The notes under the pieces were generated by a model. It searched no databases. It saw nothing but the letters and a program-made list of their open reading frames with translations, and was not told where the DNA came from. A DNA stretch of 64,000 bases from an uncultured Nitrospiraceae bacterium. GTDB taxonomy: Bacteria > Nitrospirota > Nitrospiria > Nitrospirales > Nitrospiraceae. Numbering within the stretch: position 1 is the stretch's first letter; every line of letters starts with the position of its first letter. Made by a program: the position numbers and the translations under genes. Positions 60,449 to 64,000 of this stretch are shown here, in pieces. Where the stretch lies: assembly GCA_963706325.1 (NCBI GenBank), contig CAVPLT010000001.1:32001-96000 (forward strand), in the 5' to 3' direction.

Positions 60449-61926
60449 GCGGGCACCTCGTCCGCCCCGACCGGCTCGTTCGCCACGCGATAGGCTGCCC
60501 GCAATTCTTCGGCTTCCTCCGTCACAATCGCGCAAGCGTCGGGACAGCGCGCTACCGCAAACTCCACAAATCGATCGATCTTTAGAAGGAAAAAGTCAAA
60601 GTCATCCTGTTCCAGTCTTGGCTTGTCGAACCAGAAGTGGATGAACTGGACGAGCGAAATATTCGCGGCGAGCAGCAGCGCACAGGTCCTCGGAAACATG
60701 TCCGTCAATTCGCCACCCCAATGCAGGAGCTCATGGGGAAGATAGCCGTCCCGATATCGATCAAGGTCCCCGAACGATCCGCCCAGCAATGAAAGTTCTG
60801 CGATCATCGGCATATGTTCAGGGGTTGTGACGAGTTCAACATAGGCTTGATACTGCCGATATAGCACCGCCCGTTCATCCGATGTCACGACAGTCTTTCT
60901 AGCTTGACCTGGCCCATATTCACACGTCTCCCGCTGTGGTAAGCCCTGGGTAGGGGTCTCTTCCAAACAACGCACTTTCGATTGAAACTGCTCAACAAAG
61001 CGGCGAAATTCGACAACAATCTCTTCAATGGACTTGTTATCGACTTCCAGGGCTACGCCTTTCAGTGACGTCAGCCGCGGATGGGATAACACCTGCGTTA
61101 ACAAATCGAACAAGACTTCTGGAATAGGAGCCCCATGGCTGTCAATCCAGTGCGGCAGCGCGGATCCATCCGCATGAACCTTGTGAATATGGCACCCGGT
61201 GAAAGCTGCCAGTCCGGCCACATGAATCTCAACCACCCGCTCCATCGGGAACGCATCCAAAAATTCGGCGACAAAGGCTTCCAGCGTTTGCCTTCGCCAC
61301 GCTTCCGTATAGCGATAGACGGTCCACAAGTGCCCCATATCCAGCACCAGGCCGCAAGCCACCTGCTTGGTCACGGCTTGAAAAAACGCGGGGATACCGA
61401 GAACGCCGCAGGCGAAATACGTCAGCGGCGGCATTTCCAGCAATACTAGTGTGCGAACGTTCGCAGATCGTCGCGCCTGCTTGTCGAGGTGTCCCTGCAC
61501 ATGCGCCAGATTCTCAGCCGTCATGCTGGCCGACAGGGCCGTATACAACGGCGGCAAGTAGGTTCCAAACGAGTATCCTGCCATGTGTTTGGTAGCACAT
61601 TCGTGATTCAGCCAAGCACTCCCCAGGGCGGCGATGTGCGCACAGGCTTCCGTCAGACCTTGTCGCCCTGAGCCGCTTTGGAGAAAATCCGGCTGCGTGA
61701 CCCAGAGTCCTTCGCCGTGGTAGGTCAGCTTGAGCGTGGGGAGTCGTCGTCGCACGCATTGCAGGGCGGAGGTCGTGGCTTTAAAGATCTCCAAGTATCC
61801 TGGTTGGAGCCCCTCCGCATAAAGCCTGTGAGCAAGGAGCATCACGTCCGGAGAATACACATCCACCGACAGTCCTAATCCATGCGGAATGATCTGATTC
61901 GCGCGTTGTATGAATTCGCTTTCCAT
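60445..61926 (-). CDS. DUF692 multinuclear non-heme iron oxidative enzyme (MNIO) with ~170-aa C-terminal extension
   Basis: GLGLS, YLEI, YHGEGL, WLNHE, LLEMPP, VLDMGHL, EIHVAG, IDSHG, ALEVD. Confidence 0.82.
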   Translation of the reverse strand: MESEFIQRANQIIPHGLGLSVDVYSPDVMLLAHRLYAEGLQPGYLEIFKATTSALQCVRRRLPTLKLTYHGEGLWVTQPDFLQSGSGRQGLTEACAHIAALGSAWLNHECATKHMAGYSFGTYLPPLYTALSASMTAENLAHVQGHLDKQARRSANVRTLVLLEMPPLTYFACGVLGIPAFFQAVTKQVACGLVLDMGHLWTVYRYTEAWRRQTLEAFVAEFLDAFPMERVVEIHVAGLAAFTGCHIHKVHADGSALPHWIDSHGAPIPEVLFDLLTQVLSHPRLTSLKGVALEVDNKSIEEIVVEFRRFVEQFQSKVRCLEETPTQGLPQRETCEYGPGQARKTVVTSDERAVLYRQYQAYVELVTTPEHMPMIAELSLLGGSFGDLDRYRDGYLPHELLHWGGELTDMFPRTCALLLAANISLVQFIHFWFDKPRLEQDDFDFFLLKIDRFVEFAVARCPDACAIVTEEAEELRAAYRVANEPVGADEVPA

Positions 61927-62028
61927 CAAGTCGCGTTTGGCTTATTTTGAAGCAACCATAGTCACTATACTTCTTGTGCAGTTTAAGCGCCTAACCTCTT
62001 GGTTGACAAGGGAAGATGGGGAAGCTGA

Positions 62029-62070
62029 ACCACCACGTCGATCTGGTATACTTCCTTTCGACGTGGTGGT
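62029..62070. repeat. Perfect 13-bp inverted repeat in the divergent intergenic region
   Basis: ACCACCACGTCGA-N16-TCGACGTGGTGGT. Confidence 0.8.
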
Positions 62071-62119
62071 CGCCGGGTCAAAACGTCAGCCCCTCTCGTG
62101 GCGAGAAACAGGCTTAATC

Positions 62120-62896
62120 ATGACAAAGACCGGCTCTATGCTCCGCGACAAACCGTCTCATTACTCAACCCCTATGGTAGCTCACATGATGACACCCGGC
62201 GTCGTACAAGTTCCCGGGGATGTGTCCGTGAGCGAAGCTGCCCTGCTCCTCGATCGGGAGCAGATCCCCTGTCTCCTCGTCAAGGACAGCGACACCAGCT
62301 TCGGCATCATGACCTCCGGCGACATTGTCAAAAAAGTGGTGGCTCAGGGGCTGGAAGCGCACGATGTGGAAGTTCGGTCCATTATGTCGAAACCCGTCCA
62401 TTCGATAGAATGCGATCAGATCCTGGACGACGCGACGAGCGTGATGGCCTCCACAGGAGCCTCCCTCCTCATCGTGACGAAAGAAGGGCAGCCCGTGGGC
62501 ATTTTGACTGCGAGAGACCTTGCGCTGGCCCCGAAGCGATGCGAGACCTGCCTCCCAGCTACGCTACGTGTGACAAATGGTGAGGGCGAAGGGGCCAAGC
62601 ACACCGCCACAATTCGACAGCTCAGTCACGTCGGGGCTCTCATCGAAAGTCGTTCGCTGCTCCTCCCCGGTACGACCGTCGTCCTGTCCTTTATCCTTCC
62701 TGGAGTCGACTTGAGCTTCTCCGTGCGCGGCACCATCCTCAACAGTAGTTATGAGCCGGATCTTTCCGAAGACGGTGAATTAATCGGAAGCAATCCCGGC
62801 GTCGATATCCAATTCGCGCCCCTGTCCTCGTCAGACGAATCGAAAATTCGCGCCTGGGTGCTCCAAAATCTGCCACGAACCTCGGAACTCTCCTAA
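62120..62896 (+). CDS. CBS-pair protein with C-terminal PilZ-like domain
   Basis: MTPGV...GIMTSGDI...IMSKPV...GILTARDL; QLSHVGALI...GVDIQF..L; start 62120 or 62138. Confidence 0.8.
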   Translation: MTKTGSMLRDKPSHYSTPMVAHMMTPGVVQVPGDVSVSEAALLLDREQIPCLLVKDSDTSFGIMTSGDIVKKVVAQGLEAHDVEVRSIMSKPVHSIECDQILDDATSVMASTGASLLIVTKEGQPVGILTARDLALAPKRCETCLPATLRVTNGEGEGAKHTATIRQLSHVGALIESRSLLLPGTTVVLSFILPGVDLSFSVRGTILNSSYEPDLSEDGELIGSNPGVDIQFAPLSSSDESKIRAWVLQNLPRTSELS

Positions 62897-62993
62897 GATT
62901 CCTCCGATGGATCTTTGCTTAGCCGACGACAGCTTGTTATGATTTCCTTCTCAGACGATATGCGTCCGAGTACACCGTGTTGGGGAACCGCTG

Positions 62994-64000
62994 ATGAAAA
63001 GCCCTGCCGCTCGTTCAAAACCGACTCTGACCAAAGACGAAATTCTCACGCAACTCGGCACGTTGCTCGACCGTCCGGATGACGACATCCAGGCGGCGCT
63101 GATGAAAGAAATCCTTACCGGCGTGATCCGATTGTCGGATTCTCAGCTGGACGTGCTGGATCTGAAGATCGTCAATCGTGCTTTAAAAGAACTTCGTCAT
63201 GCCTTCAGAGTGTTTCAGGGGTATCGACATCGTCTCAAAATCAGTGTGTTTGGATCTGCCCGCACGCCCGCTGACGATCCCAACTACCAATTGGCATTTC
63301 AATTCGCCCGCCGGATGGTTGAGGAAGGCTATATGACCATTACCGGCGGAGCGGACGGCATCATGCGAGCCTCGCAGGAGGGCGCCGGACGGGAGCATAG
63401 TTTCGGAGTCAATATCATGCTGCCCTTCGAGCAGGGCGCCAACGCCGTTATCGCCGATGACCCCAAGCTCGTGACCTTCAAGTACTTCTTCACTCGCAAG
63501 CTCATGTTTCAAAAAGAATCACACGCCATTGCGCTGTTCCCCGGTGGATTCGGCACTCACGATGAAGGGTTTGAGATTCTCACCCTAGTGCAAACCGGCA
63601 AGAGCGACCCAAAACCGATCGTGTGCCTCCAGGCTCCTGGGTGCGACTATTGGAACCACTGGCATTCGTTTATCACCGAGCAATTACTGAAGCGGCGTTT
63701 GATCAACGCTGAAGATCTCTCTCTGTTTACCATCGTGGACAATGTGGAAGATGCCGTCACGGAAATCCGTTTATTTTACCAACGCTACCACTCACTCAGA
63801 TTTGTGGGGCGTCAACTCGCCATCAGGCTGAAAACCCCGCTGTCGGACGCGCAAGTCGCCGAGGTCCAGGAACAATTCGGCGACATGCTGACCGAGGGGA
63901 CCTACGAGCAACGGCCGTCGCTCCCCGAAGAAATAGATGAACCGGGGCTGAAAGATCTCGCGCGATTGATCTTCTCATTTAACCGACGTAATGCCGGTCG
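62994..64000 (+). CDS. LOG family (TIGR00730-type) phosphoribohydrolase-like protein, runs off the right edge (not in the ORF track)
   Basis: Manual translation from ATG 62994: ISVFGSART, ITGGADGIM, FKYFFTRK, FPGGFGTHDE. Confidence 0.88.
   Translation, partial: MKSPAARSKPTLTKDEILTQLGTLLDRPDDDIQAALMKEILTGVIRLSDSQLDVLDLKIVNRALKELRHAFRVFQGYRHRLKISVFGSARTPADDPNYQLAFQFARRMVEEGYMTITGGADGIMRASQEGAGREHSFGVNIMLPFEQGANAVIADDPKLVTFKYFFTRKLMFQKESHAIALFPGGFGTHDEGFEILTLVQTGKSDPKPIVCLQAPGCDYWNHWHSFITEQLLKRRLINAEDLSLFTIVDNVEDAVTEIRLFYQRYHSLRFVGRQLAIRLKTPLSDAQVAEVQEQFGDMLTEGTYEQRPSLPEEIDEPGLKDLARLIFSFNRRNAG

Noticed and set aside
61910..62119. N-terminal 70 aa of the 328-aa CBS ORF
   Set aside because: Overlaps the divergent MNIO start and spans promoter-like and palindromic DNA

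Overview
GC-rich bacterial chromosomal window. The gene content and intergenic repeats suggest Nitrospirota (Nitrospira-like); this is an inference and no search was run. From left to right: (1) a Fic gene with tandem palindromic operators, and an HD-GYP gene. (2) A minus-strand redox block: cytochrome c', DUF2892, Rieske, cytochrome b/c fusion, TrxC, OsmC, Tat-exported sulfite-oxidase-family Mo enzyme, di-, tetra- and mono-heme cytochromes, Cu/Zn SOD and DsrE. (3) Acetolactate synthase, a ~186-bp MITE, rnk, USP, a sugar nucleotidyltransferase, a 36-aa peptide and an OmpR-type two-component system. (4) Envelope genes. (5) A sigma54-driven cluster: ~1650-aa MnxG-like multicopper oxidase, cupredoxin-like protein, two Cys-less FGE-fold proteins (one frameshifted) and a CopD-like protein, preceded by a PAS kinase and two sigma54 activators. 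(6) An AlgI/SGNH O-acylation pair. (7) pdhABC-lipA. (8) The dabBA inorganic-carbon pump with a P-II/SbtB-like gene. (9) An MNIO(DUF692)-dus-maf operon, a CBS-PilZ gene and a truncated LOG-family gene. No rRNA, tRNA, CRISPR array or transposase was seen. All family calls come from motif recognition by eye. The best candidates for an undescribed system are the sigma54-cascade copper-oxidase cluster, the precursor-less MNIO-Dus-Maf operon and the sulfite/bc/SOD module.
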